Counted from the stretch's first letter, positions 27,338 to 40,204 are shown. The stretch: DNA of 64,000 nucleotides from Octopus sinensis (GCF_006345805.1 NC_042998.1:119102001-119166000); one strand, 5' to 3'. Translations and numbers: made by a program. Notes: generated from the sequence alone by a model not told the origin.

Positions 27338-28264
27338 CGGCAAGGTGTGTGTGTGTGCCTTGTGTGTGTGTGTACGTGATTGTAGTTTATACACATCCAC
27401 AAATTAGCACGCATGTCACTCAAATTTTAGGAGGACATTCGTCAACATCCTATCTGAGTTTTGTCAACTTATTTTTTTCCCGAGGCACCCGCGGATAGCG
27501 GTAAAAATCTATTTTCAGCCATAACTTTTAGCGGTAAAAATCTATTTTCAGCCATAGCTTTTTGACGGCGTCAAAAAAAAAACAAGATAAAGAAAAGTGG
27601 AAGAAGAGAGGCAGAGAGTTTCACGGGAAAGACAAAGTGAGAGAGGGACAGAGAGTAAGTGACGACGTTCATAAAATATAAAATGTAAAATGTTTTGTCT
27701 TTTCTTAAACACGAGATATAGTGTTCAAATTCTGGATGTTTTTGAAATACACTATATTTTATAATCATAGTATATATACTTTCTCACACAATTACAATAT
27801 ATTTATTTTAAATCATTTATTTATTTTAAATCGTTCATCTTTCTCTCCCCCCCTCTCTCTCACACACATTACTTTGGTTGCGAAAGAGTTTTGTTTTTAT
27901 TTTACGCCGAGTAAAAAAGTGTTTTGTTGACAATCCATTTATTTAACAACAAAGAAACAAAGAGGTGAGTAGCAATTTGTCAGTGAATTGCACAATATAA
28001 ATGGGTACAATTTCCGAGGCTTCAACCACACCCACTCCGTTTCACGGACCACAAAAAGGGTTTTGTAGCATATTAGGAGGCCAGAGTAGTTGATTCCGCG
28101 CAAAAAAAAACGATTATTTTTCTTTGTGAAAATCGTTTTTCCATTCATTTCTGTTTATGAACATGTATGCATGCACAAAACATGCAATAGGTGTACGTAC
28201 GTACATGTGTGTTCGTGTCTGTTGCCCATATATATTTATATTATATTATATTATATATATATAA

Positions 28265-28421
28265 TATGATTTTGATTTTGATTTTGATTTTTCCAGTTTC
28301 AGCTAATGAGCTGTGGCCATGCTGGGGCACCGCCATTTGGTTTGCTACACGGGTTTACCTCACGGATGCTTTTTAGCAAACGCCCCATCTGATGCATGAG
28401 AGAGTTCGATGCAGCTGCCCT
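28265..28421 (-). mobile_element. 3' terminal fragment of a second CR1-group LINE
   Basis: - strand reads RAAASNSLMHQ...GGAPAWPQLIS*, sharing RAAASNSL with the LINE at 15.9 kb; (aaaatc)n tail. Confidence 0.8.
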
Positions 28422-28578
28422 CTATATATATAATATATATATATATAATATAACCAATTTCAACGGATTTTGCCCAAATTTGACGTCGATATTACTTAGT
28501 TTGGTTTGAAATAAAGAACTTGATTAGCTTAATAGTCGTAACTAAATCCCGGGCAAGGCCGGGTTATACTGCTAGTAT

Positions 28579-28616
<38 letters not shown>

Positions 28617-28730
28617 AGTAAAATGTTCGTTATAAGCATGTATAAGATAAAATCTTAAATAAAACACTACTAACAATTATAAAAATGGAGAAGAGATGTT
28701 AAAAGTTCAAAATAAAATTTACTTTCCACA

Positions 28731-28826
28731 TACGACCGTTTCAAATGGCAATACAAACATGTAAGAAAAAACAAATAATAATAATAATAATTAAAATAGC
28801 TATGTATTACCATTCTCGTCAGTGTA
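28731..28826 (-). ncRNA. Degenerate type I hammerhead motif
   Basis: CUGACGA, 12-bp stem II (gaauggUaauac/guauuGccauuu), GAAAC-G-GUC; stem I weak (UAC/GUA with an extra A). Confidence 0.5.
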
Positions 28827-29454
28827 AAAAAAAATTTAAGGAAAACATCAAAAAAGGCATTACCAAAAAAAAATTAGAAGGAAAAACAAAGAGAAGCTGA
28901 CCGAATATTTGCAAATGAAACAGTTGTAGCCCGTAAAAGAAAACAGAAAAATCTCTTCAGTACATGTTGTCGAATTAATTCGTATATTTATTTGAACTGA
29001 GATTTTTGTGGCAAGTTTATTTGACAATCTACAATCTTTCACCTGAAAAATCACATAGCCACCGTTGGACACTCGACAAAATTTTAGTTTAAATATGTGT
29101 GCGTATATGAGCTCATAAATGCATTTGTGTGCACGTGGATGTATGTGAAGTCAGGTGTAACATGTTTTATGCAAACCAAATTTTCTCTGTGTTGATGTAT
29201 TTTAACTTCAGTTTATTCAATATTCCCAAGACTATTCTAAAGCTAAGAGAAGTTAAATTTTATTGCTATTGTTTTCTTTTTACATTATCTCAAAATTATC
29301 AATTTATACACAATGATAAGAATATATGGTGGTCATGTAATTCTAAAGCTCATTAGAAGTTTAACTGAATTGATTATATTATCGGTTAACATTTTGAAAC
29401 CAGCTAATAGACGCAGCTAATAGCGTTTGATATGCGACGTTCGTTCTCCCATTC

Positions 29455-29513
<59 letters not shown>

Positions 29514-29599
29514 CTCTCTCGCTACCTATTTATCTATCTATTTCTTCTTGACAGACGGAAATAAATTTAGAAGAAAGAAATCACTATCTTCGTCGTCAC

Positions 29600-29755
29600 C
29601 ATGGTGGAGGTGGTGGTGGTGGTGGTGTCGGCGACGGCGGCAGTAGCAGCCGTAAAAGTCCCAGCAGCAGTAGCAGTATCAGCAGCAGTAGCAGTACCAG
29701 CAGCAGCAGTACTAGCAACAGCAACAGCAGCAGCAGCCGCAGCCGCAGCAGCAGC

Positions 29756-29803
<48 letters not shown>

Positions 29804-29835
29804 TGATGATGATGATGATGATGATGATGATATTG
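29600..29835. repeat. Compound trinucleotide repeat (GGT/GCA/GTA/GAT)
   Basis: Direct reading; explains the poly-V/A/D ORF 29601..29843. Confidence 0.9.
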
Positions 29836-31331
29836 CTGATTGATGATCGAGATGACTTGAAGATCATGATGATCATGACAAGGAGATGCATAGTGAATGG
29901 TTTTGTGGGAAATAGAGGAAATATTCAGGTATGTCAGACATGAGATATTCTAATGATTTTTACTATTTTTTTTAAGAGTAGCGTAGAAGCATAGCATGGC
30001 ACAGTATACATTAGCAGTCTGATATAGTTCAGCATTATATAGGTAAGTAGTATAGTAAAGTAAAATATTTGGATTAAAATAACATCATAGTCCTGTTTTA
30101 AGCTAGTCTTATTGAAGTTATACTTCAACACAATACCATCTTCTAATGCTTCTATTCTTACTTATTTTTGTTGGAGTTAAGTCCTTTTATGTAACCTAAA
30201 AGAGTCTTAATGATGTTGTTATTGATAATAGATAGATCTGGTGAGATAAGATTGTGTTTGCAATTTAGAATTTAAAATATTATATTTGAAAGGAATTCTT
30301 AGTGTCATTTACGAAAAAAGAATAGTGAACTACCAAGCTCAGCTAGAACTTTTGGCGATTATTCATCCAAGGTTTTTGGCACCAGGCGGGAAGTAAAACC
30401 TGCAAAAATAGAAATAAAAATGATTTTATTGTTACTTATAGACAGTTGAATGAATGTGAGGAATTGTTTTTTGAAGAAGAACAGTACAGTAGATTGTTTT
30501 GGTTATCAACCCCATAAAAATAGAAAGAAATTAAATTAACCACAGGAAAATTTGAGCTTGGATGCATTATATCATGTTATTAAAGATATGACCGTGCTTT
30601 GCTTCTACACATCTGAATTAATCTAAGTTTTCAACCTCTCGTTCACCACTTCAAAATAGCAAGATATAATGGCCTGTTGGAAAATTGAGGAGAATCTCTT
30701 CTAAAGCTATGGATACCCTGAAATATACGCTATTTTTAAAGTTTAGTCTGAATAAGAAAGGCAGAACTTCATCAGGACCTCTGAAATTAGTAGGATGGAA
30801 AGTGAACGTTACTCTCAAAACTGAGGATAGTTTTGTGGTGAAATAGAAGAAATATTCAGGTATGTCAGACATGAGATATTCTAATGATTTTTTCCATTTC
30901 TTTTTATATATTTTATTTAGAATAGCGAGCGTAGAAGCATAGTGTGGCACTGGTCTGAATACTTTTAACAGAGGGTTCACGGATTATGTGATAGACGGTG
31001 GTTGAAGCATACAACCCAACAACTCAGATAAAAAAAAATTTAACTATATACACCACCAGAATACTACTGTGAACTCATATTTGAATCTATCGGTCCTTAA
31101 AACGATGAAAGTTAAGTTTATTTTAGTGGGACTTCAACTCAGAGTGCAGAGACCTAGAAGAAATACCTCATGATATTTTGTCCTACGTTCTGTCGAATCT
31201 GCCAATTCGCTAAATGCAATACTAATTGGCCGATTTGCTGTCGATTTGCCAACTATTTAGTAAAGTTCCAAAACAGAAAGCAAAATAACATAAGCAGAAT
31301 AATATTTCATAGTTTCTATAGATAATTTCTT

Positions 31332-31394
<63 letters not shown>

Positions 31395-34126
31395 ATCTGT
31401 CTGTCTCTCTGTATGAATGTATGAACGTATGTACATAAGAAGTAAAATGTGGATACATATATATATTTCGACTTACTAGCTGTTCTGTCTCCCACTTAAT
31501 CATTTATGTGGTTGAGATACTGTCTTTAACATGCCTCATTTTATTTCATTTACATGCACAAGTTTATTTCATTACGCAAAACAAGTGTCAGACTTGTGCA
31601 ACCTGTATTAAACTGGCATCATGTTCTGCAATTAAGGCGATATTATCAGAGCTAATTATTGATTCGTGTCATCCCTTGCAGTTCTAGCATTAAATTATTC
31701 TATTTCCTTTTTTCAGTATTTTTTTTCGTGTAAATTTTGTGAAAAGAATATAAAAATCATTTAACAACCATTGTATGCCTAACGTGTTCCCAATTAAAAC
31801 GGTATTAACACTTAACAATCTCATTGATAACTGTCAATATCATTAAGTGTTTTGCTTAAAACGTTACTAATACAACCGACAAATGTTAAATAAGCAAAAT
31901 TAAAATCCTAAACCGAACTATATATATTCTAATTAGTTTGTTTCTATAGTTTATGAGACAAAATTGAAATTTTATATTTCAATTAATTGTTAATTTGAGT
32001 TATTAAGTTATACTGTAATTTAGTTCAAAGTTTTCCTGTACATATTACGTATACAGTATGTATTACGTACATCCTGTATGTATGCAAGTTACTCGAAAAT
32101 GTCCTTTGGCTAAAAGGATTTCTTACAAGCGTTGTCGGAAGAAGTTACCTGCATCTCAGCACTCTTATAATATTGAATTATTATAAATCAAATATACGAT
32201 ACATTTCCACAAAAATTTAATTCAAGGAAGTTAAGAAAACGTAGATAAACATAAATGTAATTTCATGTTAGAAATATAATTTATTTCAAATATACTTCAG
32301 ATGAATATTAGTTTAATCAGCATTCAACGAAATAACACATTAACGTATGATATTTAGCTAAGAGTGAAATTTAATATACATGTAAACGTTTGTTATTGTA
32401 GTCACAAATAACTTTGATCGAATAGACCAATAACCAGTAGCATTCCTGCTACAGCCATTCCGTATTTTTAGGAGCATGAGTGCTTTCTTTGCATATGTTA
32501 TATATTCTACAGCTGAAGATATAAAAGAACTTTTATATCTAACAACAATTCTATATCATGTAAAGGAATTGACCTATCGACAGAAACGAAAAACATATTA
32601 CAATAATTATAACTTGTAGCAGATATACATATGATTAGATTACAGAATTAAAGAAGTAACATTGTATGACATACTTCTTCTAGAATATTCATTGGACAGA
32701 CTCGATTCACAAGGCAAGGAAACAATGAAGAAAAAGCTTATACTTCGGCTAACTAGGGCTTAAAAACAGATAATCTCGAAAACGAGAAAATCTTGCAGAA
32801 AAAGGTCACTTTTTTAGATTAAACAATGTAGCAGAGATTAAGTGTTTGATCGAAGGACTAAATCTGTATATGTCTATGTGTGTATCCATATACATGCTAA
32901 GAGTGAGATTTAATATAGATGTAGGCGCTGTCGCTTTGTTAGTGGTTATAGTCACAAATAACCTTGATCGAATAGATCAATAATCAATAGCACTCACACA
33001 AAAACAGTCGTATGTATGTGTAAGACGTACAATCGTATAGACAAAGAGAAGAATCATACTGGACTGGTGAAGAGAGTAAAGAGCGGATGCAAGAAGGAAA
33101 AAGATAGATACAATATAATTGAAATATATAGAAAAGGCTCAAGACTATTTATTATCAACGTTAGCCTGAAAATGATCAAACATAATGATATGGAAATGAA
33201 AACATTGGGAATATAAAGCTGAAAACAGAAACAAAGAGTTACTCATAATAAATATAATAATTGGTTTCTAACACAGGCAAAGTGTATGCCGTTCCCATTA
33301 CTTGTCTAGTCTATATTTTATCGACAGGAAAGGTAAAGGGCCAACTTGACTCCGGTGGGATTTGAACTCAGATTGTAAGAGAGATGTAATTAAATATCAC
33401 ATTTTGTTTCCTTCGACAATCTCTCAATTGTTAGCTGATGCAAACGGTTAACACATAAATTTCGATAAGGCATTCACTTGGTCACTCGACCTGCTACAAA
33501 TAGAGGTTAAATTTCGCTCAAATGCCACCTAACCTTCTTAAACAAGGAAGTGACTTATGTAGTGTAATCTCTGATGTGCAAAATGTCATAATGCCTTTGT
33601 TCGTAGGTTTGCGTCATCAGAGCTCACCTTGAGTAAACAAAAAAAATAAAGCAAACTAAAGAGAGGTCTTCTATATGGTCACCCGAACAAAAAGAAATAG
33701 CAGTCAAATTTCTCTCCAATCCCAAACAAGAGTATGATGAAAGGGCACATTTGATAATGTCGTCCTCAGTTCTCTGCACGAACAATAACATAAAAATCAG
33801 TACTAGGTACTATGCACCGGCTATGAGCGGTAGTGTCATACACATACGAAACTTAGAGGAGTTATACTTCTCCCAATTGTTGGACGGTGTTGCTATTACG
33901 CATACGAATATTTTACGCTGCATCCAAAAGAAAGCCAGCGGACCGATAAGAGTGAAATCACTCACCATTACATATCATTTTTAGCAAGAGACGCGCTGTC
34001 AGTTCAGTTTGCCTTTTCTGTTACTACTCAATGGCCTCTGCTCTTTGAAACGAGCTGGATGTACACTACTATCACCCAAGCCCATTTTGCACAAATGTTC
34101 TCACCATATCTCTGTATCTTTCTCAT

Positions 34127-34166
<40 letters not shown>

Positions 34167-34194
34167 GATACAAATATTGAGATTCTCAATAATT

Positions 34195-34236
<42 letters not shown>

Positions 34237-34265
34237 TAGTAGTAGTAGTAGTAGTAGTAGTAGTG
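34195..34265. repeat. (GTA)n microsatellite
   Basis: Direct reading. Confidence 0.95.
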
Positions 34266-34599
34266 CAAGGTGAAAAAATACCGGACAAAATCATAATAAA
34301 AAATATGACAGATAAGAGCGGGTGTAAAAATGAAAATAAAACCGACGACAAAATATAATGGATATTGACTGAAAGTAGTCCCTGGTTTTGGGAAATTTCG
34401 GTGAAAGTTGATAAATAAATAGACTACAAAATAGATAAGTGTATATCCTTTCAGGAAACGTTCGACCAATGAACTGCAGGAAATAATTTTCACTGCGGTT
34501 TGCCAATATTCTATCTGTTTGAGACATATTGATCTAGTCTCATAAAACGTTCATATCCATAAACTACCTACGTATTTTCAGATCTATCTACCTATCTAG

Positions 34600-34690
<91 letters not shown>

Positions 34691-34882
34691 CACTCACACA
34701 CATGTTTATATATATATATATATATATTATCTTTTTATTTATTTGTTTGAGTCGAGTTAGTCTCTTGTTGCTCTAGAGTTTCTTCTGTGTGTTCACATAA
34801 ACATCATAAAAATGTTTGTGCCTCCATTTCTAGTTCTGACTCTGCAACGCTACACCAAAGATTCTTAACTGTAATAACGTAA

Positions 34883-35160
34883 TATAGTTCTATATTTAAA
34901 CACTACGTCATATGCCCGTGGGCATATGGCGTAGTGGTTAAGAGAGCGAGCTACTAACCCCAAGATTCTGAGTTCGATTCCAGGCAGTGACCTTAATAAT
35001 AATAATAATAATAATAAACATCGAAAAATACCTTAGGAATGAGAACCCAGGTTCGAAATTTCCCCAAGACAACCGATGAAGGCTCGAAGGTATATCAGCC
35101 GAAACGTTGTGTTAACAACAAACAAGGTGAGGTCAAATATTCCTCAATTGTGAATAATGT
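34883..35160 (+). mobile_element. tRNA-headed, hammerhead-containing short element matching the PLE terminal repeat; 13-bp TSD
   Basis: A-box TGGCGTAGTGG (34927-34937); B-box GAGTTCGATTCC (34970-34981); (AAT)n; HHR; same sequence as 60170-60452 and the inverted 8538-8655. TGTAATAACGTAA at 34870-34882 and 35158-35170. Confidence 0.8.
35068..35113 (+). ncRNA. Minimal type I hammerhead, mutated core (CCGAUGA)
   Basis: GACAA-CCGATGA-A-GGCT..AGCC-GAAACGTT-GTGTT; palindromic AACGTT replaces stem III. Confidence 0.6.
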
Positions 35161-35399
35161 AATAACGTAAATATTTAACTTTTTTTTCATTTCCTTCCAT
35201 TTTATTTCCTTGGAAAATTTGAAGATTCTTGTACCTGTAGATGAATAATCTAAAGAACAATTCCTTAACTTCTAACAAACCTTCTTTTTCTTAGCAATAT
35301 ACTATCCCATGCACTACCAAAAACGTTTTGTTTTTGCCTCTGTGTGTGTCTTACATGTATATTATAAAATATATAATTTTTCACACACACACATACACA

Positions 35400-35402
35400 C
35401 AC

Positions 35403-35496
<94 letters not shown>

Positions 35497-35505
35497 AATC
35501 ATGAC

Positions 35506-35598
<93 letters not shown>
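35400..35598. repeat. (CA)n, (AT)n, (AGAT)n and (AGAC)n microsatellites
   Basis: Direct reading. Confidence 0.95.
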
Positions 35599-35600
<2 letters not shown>

Positions 35601-35967
35601 TAGTATATATTATACATGATACAATGCATATATATATGCAGGTTTGACTTTGGAAATGAGAGAGAGAAGACTCAATACGTAAAGTAAAGTAAACATGTTT
35701 AATAAAGGAGAGCAACAATTGAGATACATAGTTCTAGAATTTTGAACAGAAATTCTATTCGGAAGAACTGAAAAGTGGTTTTGCTCAGAAGTCACTATCT
35801 CTAAACAACTCCCGTATTATGTGTGTGTAGACATGTTTTTCTTTACTTTCTTCTTGTTTTCTTTTCTCTTCTCTTTTTTCCTTTTATTATTTCTATGCTC
35901 ATTATCGCGTCCTTCTTGCTGCCATTCTTTATCCCTGACACTCTCTCCCTGCTCAGTTATTTATATT

Positions 35968-36004
<37 letters not shown>

Positions 36005-37642
36005 GGAGAGAGAGAGAGAGAGATAGTTTAAATGTTTTTTTTATTATTTAATGATATATGTTTGAACTCATTAACTTAGTAGCTACACTTTTCTCTGATG
36101 TTACATCATAGTCAATTTGCAAGGATATATTGAAAATTACATGGTTATATATATGTTTGTGTGCGTATGTGTTTGTGTGTGGGCGCGTGTATGTGTCGGT
36201 GTTGCTATGTGTTACACTTTCAAACGTAAACGAGGCAACATGACATAGTTTAAGCAAAGTAGGCAATGCATAGATACACAGTAAGTATATTCAATTGAAT
36301 GAAGCAATACTTCTAAGAAAATTAGTCTCGTTCGTTTCGCAACAGGATTTTGTCAAATTATAGGGAGACATTGGCGGTAGTTCCGTGGTAATGGTTTTTA
36401 CATTGCTGGCGTAAGGTTGTGACAAAACTCATTTCAAGCATGTCCCTTCATCAATATCGCCACCTTTCACACATTCGTTTCGTGTTTCTATATCAGTACT
36501 AACCTACAAATATCATCTACTGTATTAACTTGTAACTGTATGATCCACTGTATAGAGGAACAAATAGTTGCTGGCTTCATAATCGTTTTACGAATTATCC
36601 GCAGGAAGTATCACGTAACAACACTGAATAACTATGTTCTCTGTTCTACCGCCTCAATACTTCCATGCCCCATATATGACACTGTTTTAGGAATGACATA
36701 ACACCATGGTACTCCTGTTTCCGGATTTGTTATAAGAGTTAGTTGGACTTAGACTTAAACACGTCTAAACCAGATGTTATTGATAACCAACTTCTCTAAA
36801 ATATACCACAACTTAGCCACAAACATTATATTTTACCACTTCTTTTCTACCAAATCAATCACACATTATTTATAAACTCCTATACCCTTTTTATTCAACT
36901 TCTCTACAACTATACTCGAAATACTAACGCTTCTCTTCCAGCCTACAATATGACACCTTACACACACGCATACATTTCACATGCAATTTTGCTCATACTC
37001 CCAACACTTTTTTTTCTCACACATAGACGTATACACATATCTCACTGCATATACATTTCATCTCCCATGCTTAACAGATACACACATAAAGGCACACATA
37101 ATCCTATTCCACATACACATTTGATTCTTCCCAAGTTTATCCTCATGATATTGTTCACTCTTCAAAAATCATTGTTCAATCTCCTGGCTTTCAAAACATT
37201 TTTACTCCACTATTTCTTATATACCATTGAAACATTAGCACAGAGTTTCATAAACACACACACACACAGTAATAATAATCTTTTCTACTTATAGGCACGC
37301 GGCCTGGAATTTTGGAAGGAAGGATTTAAACAATTACATTGGCCCCACTAGCAGACTACTATTTGGCTACTTATTTTATCGACCCCCGAAAGAATGAAAA
37401 GTAAAGCGTTGGACGGAATGCCGCTAAGCATTTGCCTGGTGCTGTGGATCTCAATCAGAATTTCCGACCGTGAATTTTCTGCCGTTCGATCAACTGGACT
37501 ACTACATCCACTTCATTAAACAAGTGCATGAATGACTGTGTATACGAACTCATATACATTCCGTGTAATTGCCGGGTGAAATCAATGTAACATAATGTGG
37601 TATGGTTTGGCGATTGAAATACACGTAGAACCTATTCGGTGG

Positions 37643-37897
37643 CAATTGCAGCGTGGAAGGTGTTTATAAGCCATTTAAGAAACACACAAAACCGTTAGAT
37701 TCACTTCAACATTTAAATTTAATCTGTTAAAATATTTTCGTCGCTTTGAGACCCCGACCTGCACGAAGCTTTGTCAGTGAACAGGTCGCGGTCTCAAAGC
37801 GAAAATATTTTGACAAATTAAATTTAAATGTTGAAGTGAATCTAACGCTTTTGTGTGTTTCTTAAATGGCTTATAAACACCTTCCACGCTGCAATTG
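37643..37897. repeat. 255-bp foldback with ~115-bp inverted arms (MITE or inverted PLE terminal repeat)
   Basis: caattgcagcgtggaaggtgtttataagccatttaagaaacacacaaaa...gacctg, a 20-nt spacer, then its near-perfect reverse complement. Confidence 0.9.
37771..37816 (+). ncRNA. Candidate hammerhead with swapped G3-C8 core (stem II 3-nt deletion in this arm)
   Basis: TTGTCA-GTGAACA-G-GTCGC-GGTCTCAAA-GC[GAC]-GAAAATATTT-TGACAA; the missing GAC is present in the opposite arm (37736-37745, -). Confidence 0.5.
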
Positions 37898-38257
37898 TTT
37901 TCGTTCCAGCACACGATCTCAGATCAAGTCACTCGCTATGCAAGTAGATCTCCTTATTCGGTGAGTTTCTCCAGAATTTCCGCCTACACATTATCATTCA
38001 CAAAGCGAATGTGGATTGGATGGTTTAGAACATGACACTTGTCCGAGATGTCACCCAACGAGATCAAACCCATGATATCATCGTTACGATACAAACACCG
38101 TAACCCTCCAATCCAATAACGCACATTTTAGAGTATAGTGTGTCTTTTCACACGAAATGAAAGATTGGTTTTCCGTTAGAAAACCCCGTATTCACCTCCG
38201 AGTGTTCAGGAAATGTTATAAAAACAGGTGCACATCTTTGTGTTGCGTGCATGAGAA

Positions 38258-38344
<87 letters not shown>

Positions 38345-38466
38345 GTGTGCGTGTTTGTGTGTGTGCGTGCACAAAGGTTTATGTGTGTACGTAGATCAAT
38401 GCAATTATATATATGTATGTATGTACATATATATATATATGTGCATACATATATATATGCATATAC

Positions 38467-38509
<43 letters not shown>

Positions 38510-38510
<1 letters not shown>

Positions 38511-39020
38511 CATATAAAATTAGTGTACATTTCTATACACAAAATAGGTGAACTTAACAGGACACCTTGCAAGCTAAAAAAAGCAGTCAAAGTCCAAATA
38601 AGAGTAATTTCGAAGGGGATGAAAGATAACAGCATTTTCGATAGTTACATATGTACCTAAGTTTCAACATCAATGAACAAATAAAATAATTTGACCTCCG
38701 TGTCCTCATCAGCATAGGCGCTATAATTAATGCATATTTGTGGAACATTGTAGATACACATGTTCATCTATATTCATTATAATTTTTCAAATCCACCGCG
38801 CAAGCGCAGTTATAGTCGGCAGCAAATAAAAATTTATGTACCAACATTATTCAAAATTACGAAAATTCTATTATGTGTCTACAATGTTCCCATTTCCTTC
38901 GAAATTACTCTTATTCATGATTTGGGATTTGACTGTTTTTTTTTTTTTTTGGCATGCAAGGTGTCCTGTTAAGTTCACCTCTTTTGTGCGTAGAAATGTG
39001 CAATAATTTTATATGAAAAA
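38510..39020. mobile_element. Foldback element with ~110-bp imperfect terminal inverted repeats (second copy ~39435-39945)
   Basis: Perfect 25-bp core ggtgaacttaacaggacaccttgca and its inverse tgcaaggtgtcctgttaagttcacc, extending outward to catataaaa. Confidence 0.8.
38650..38716 (-). ncRNA. Type I hammerhead motif (duplicate at 39575-39641)
   Basis: UAUG-CUGAUGA-G-GACA...UGUU-GAAAC-UUAG-GUA|CAUA: 4-bp stem I, GUA cleavage triplet. Confidence 0.55.
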
Positions 39021-39060
39021 TATATTGTCCCTTAACTCTATTATGCATGCTAGCCACTGG

Positions 39061-39132
39061 TATGCGTATATATAATATATAGGGTAGAAAATTTAGAGAA
39101 ATTTTCTACCCTATATATTATATATACGCATA
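39061..39132. other. Perfect 72-nt hairpin (34-bp arms, AGAG loop); copy at 39985-40056 has one mismatch
   Basis: tatgcgtatatataatatatagggtagaaaattt-agag-aaattttctaccctatatattatatatacgcata, checked base by base. Confidence 0.95.
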
Positions 39133-39191
39133 TATATGCAGACATATATGCAAAAACAGAAAGACAGACATACATATAGAAAGACAGACAT

Positions 39192-39297
<106 letters not shown>

Positions 39298-40115
39298 TGA
39301 TTGCTTGATTGATAGAAGAAGAGTTTAACCCGACGTAGATATATTTTAACCATTCAAAAGGAGACATTGTTGTAATGAATTCCCGAATGATGTATGTGTT
39401 TTATATATATATATATTATATATATATATATAAATCATATAAAATTAGTGTACATTTCTATACACAAAATAGGTGAACTTAACAGGACACCTTGCAAGCT
39501 AAAAAAAGCAGTCAAAGTCCAAATAAGAGTAATTTCGAAGGGGATGAAAGATAACAGCATTTTCGATAGTTACATATGTACCTAAGTTTCAACATCAATG
39601 AACAAATAAAATAATTTGACCTCCGTGTCCTCATCAGCATAGGCGCTATAATTAATGCATATTTGTGGAACATTGTAGATACACATGTTCATCTATATTC
39701 ATTATAATTTTTCAAATCCACCGCGCAAGCGCAGTTATAGTCGGCAGCAAATAAAAATTATGTACCAACATTATTCAAAATTACGAAAATTCTATTATGT
39801 GTCTACAATGTTCCCATTTCCTTCGAAATTACTCTTATTCATGATTTGGGATTTGACTGTTTTTTTTTTTTTTTGGCATGCAAGGTGTCCTGTTAAGTTC
39901 ACCTCTTTTGTGCGTAGAAATGTGCAATAATTTTATATGAAAAATATATTGTCCCTTAACTCTATTATGCATGCTAGCCACTGGTATGCGTATATATAAT
40001 ATATAGGGTAGAAAATTTAGAGAAATGTTCTACCCTATATATTATATATACGCATATATATGCAGACATATATGCAAAAACAGAAAGACAGACATACATA
40101 TAGAAAGACAGACAT

Positions 40116-40204
<89 letters not shown>

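Larger units (their letters stand above)
24012..28575 (+). mobile_element. Helitron, internally deleted, with nested insertions (3' end assignment inferred)
   Basis: 5' tctctatatataaaactgagaattgtgtctgtct; Rep/helicase remnants; 3' hairpin cccgg-gcaagg-ccggg (28548-28563) followed by CTAG|T at 28572-28576. Both ends resemble the mini-Helitron at 15048. Confidence 0.75.

Noticed and set aside
29601-29843. ORF with poly-Val/Ala/Asp resembling a membrane or low-complexity protein
   Set aside because: Made entirely of adjacent trinucleotide repeats; no splice or domain support.
30735-30780. CUGAUGA with a short stem on the - strand
   Set aside because: UAAAC instead of GAAAC, and no stem I partner or cleavage triplet.
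33590-33630. CUGAUGA on the - strand
   Set aside because: No GAAA or stems; lies in a different common repeat tail.
34921-34990. tRNA gene call (also at 45199 and 45521)
   Set aside because: A- and B-boxes are present but there is no clean acceptor stem or Pol III terminator; the sequence continues into repeat bodies, so these are SINE-type heads.
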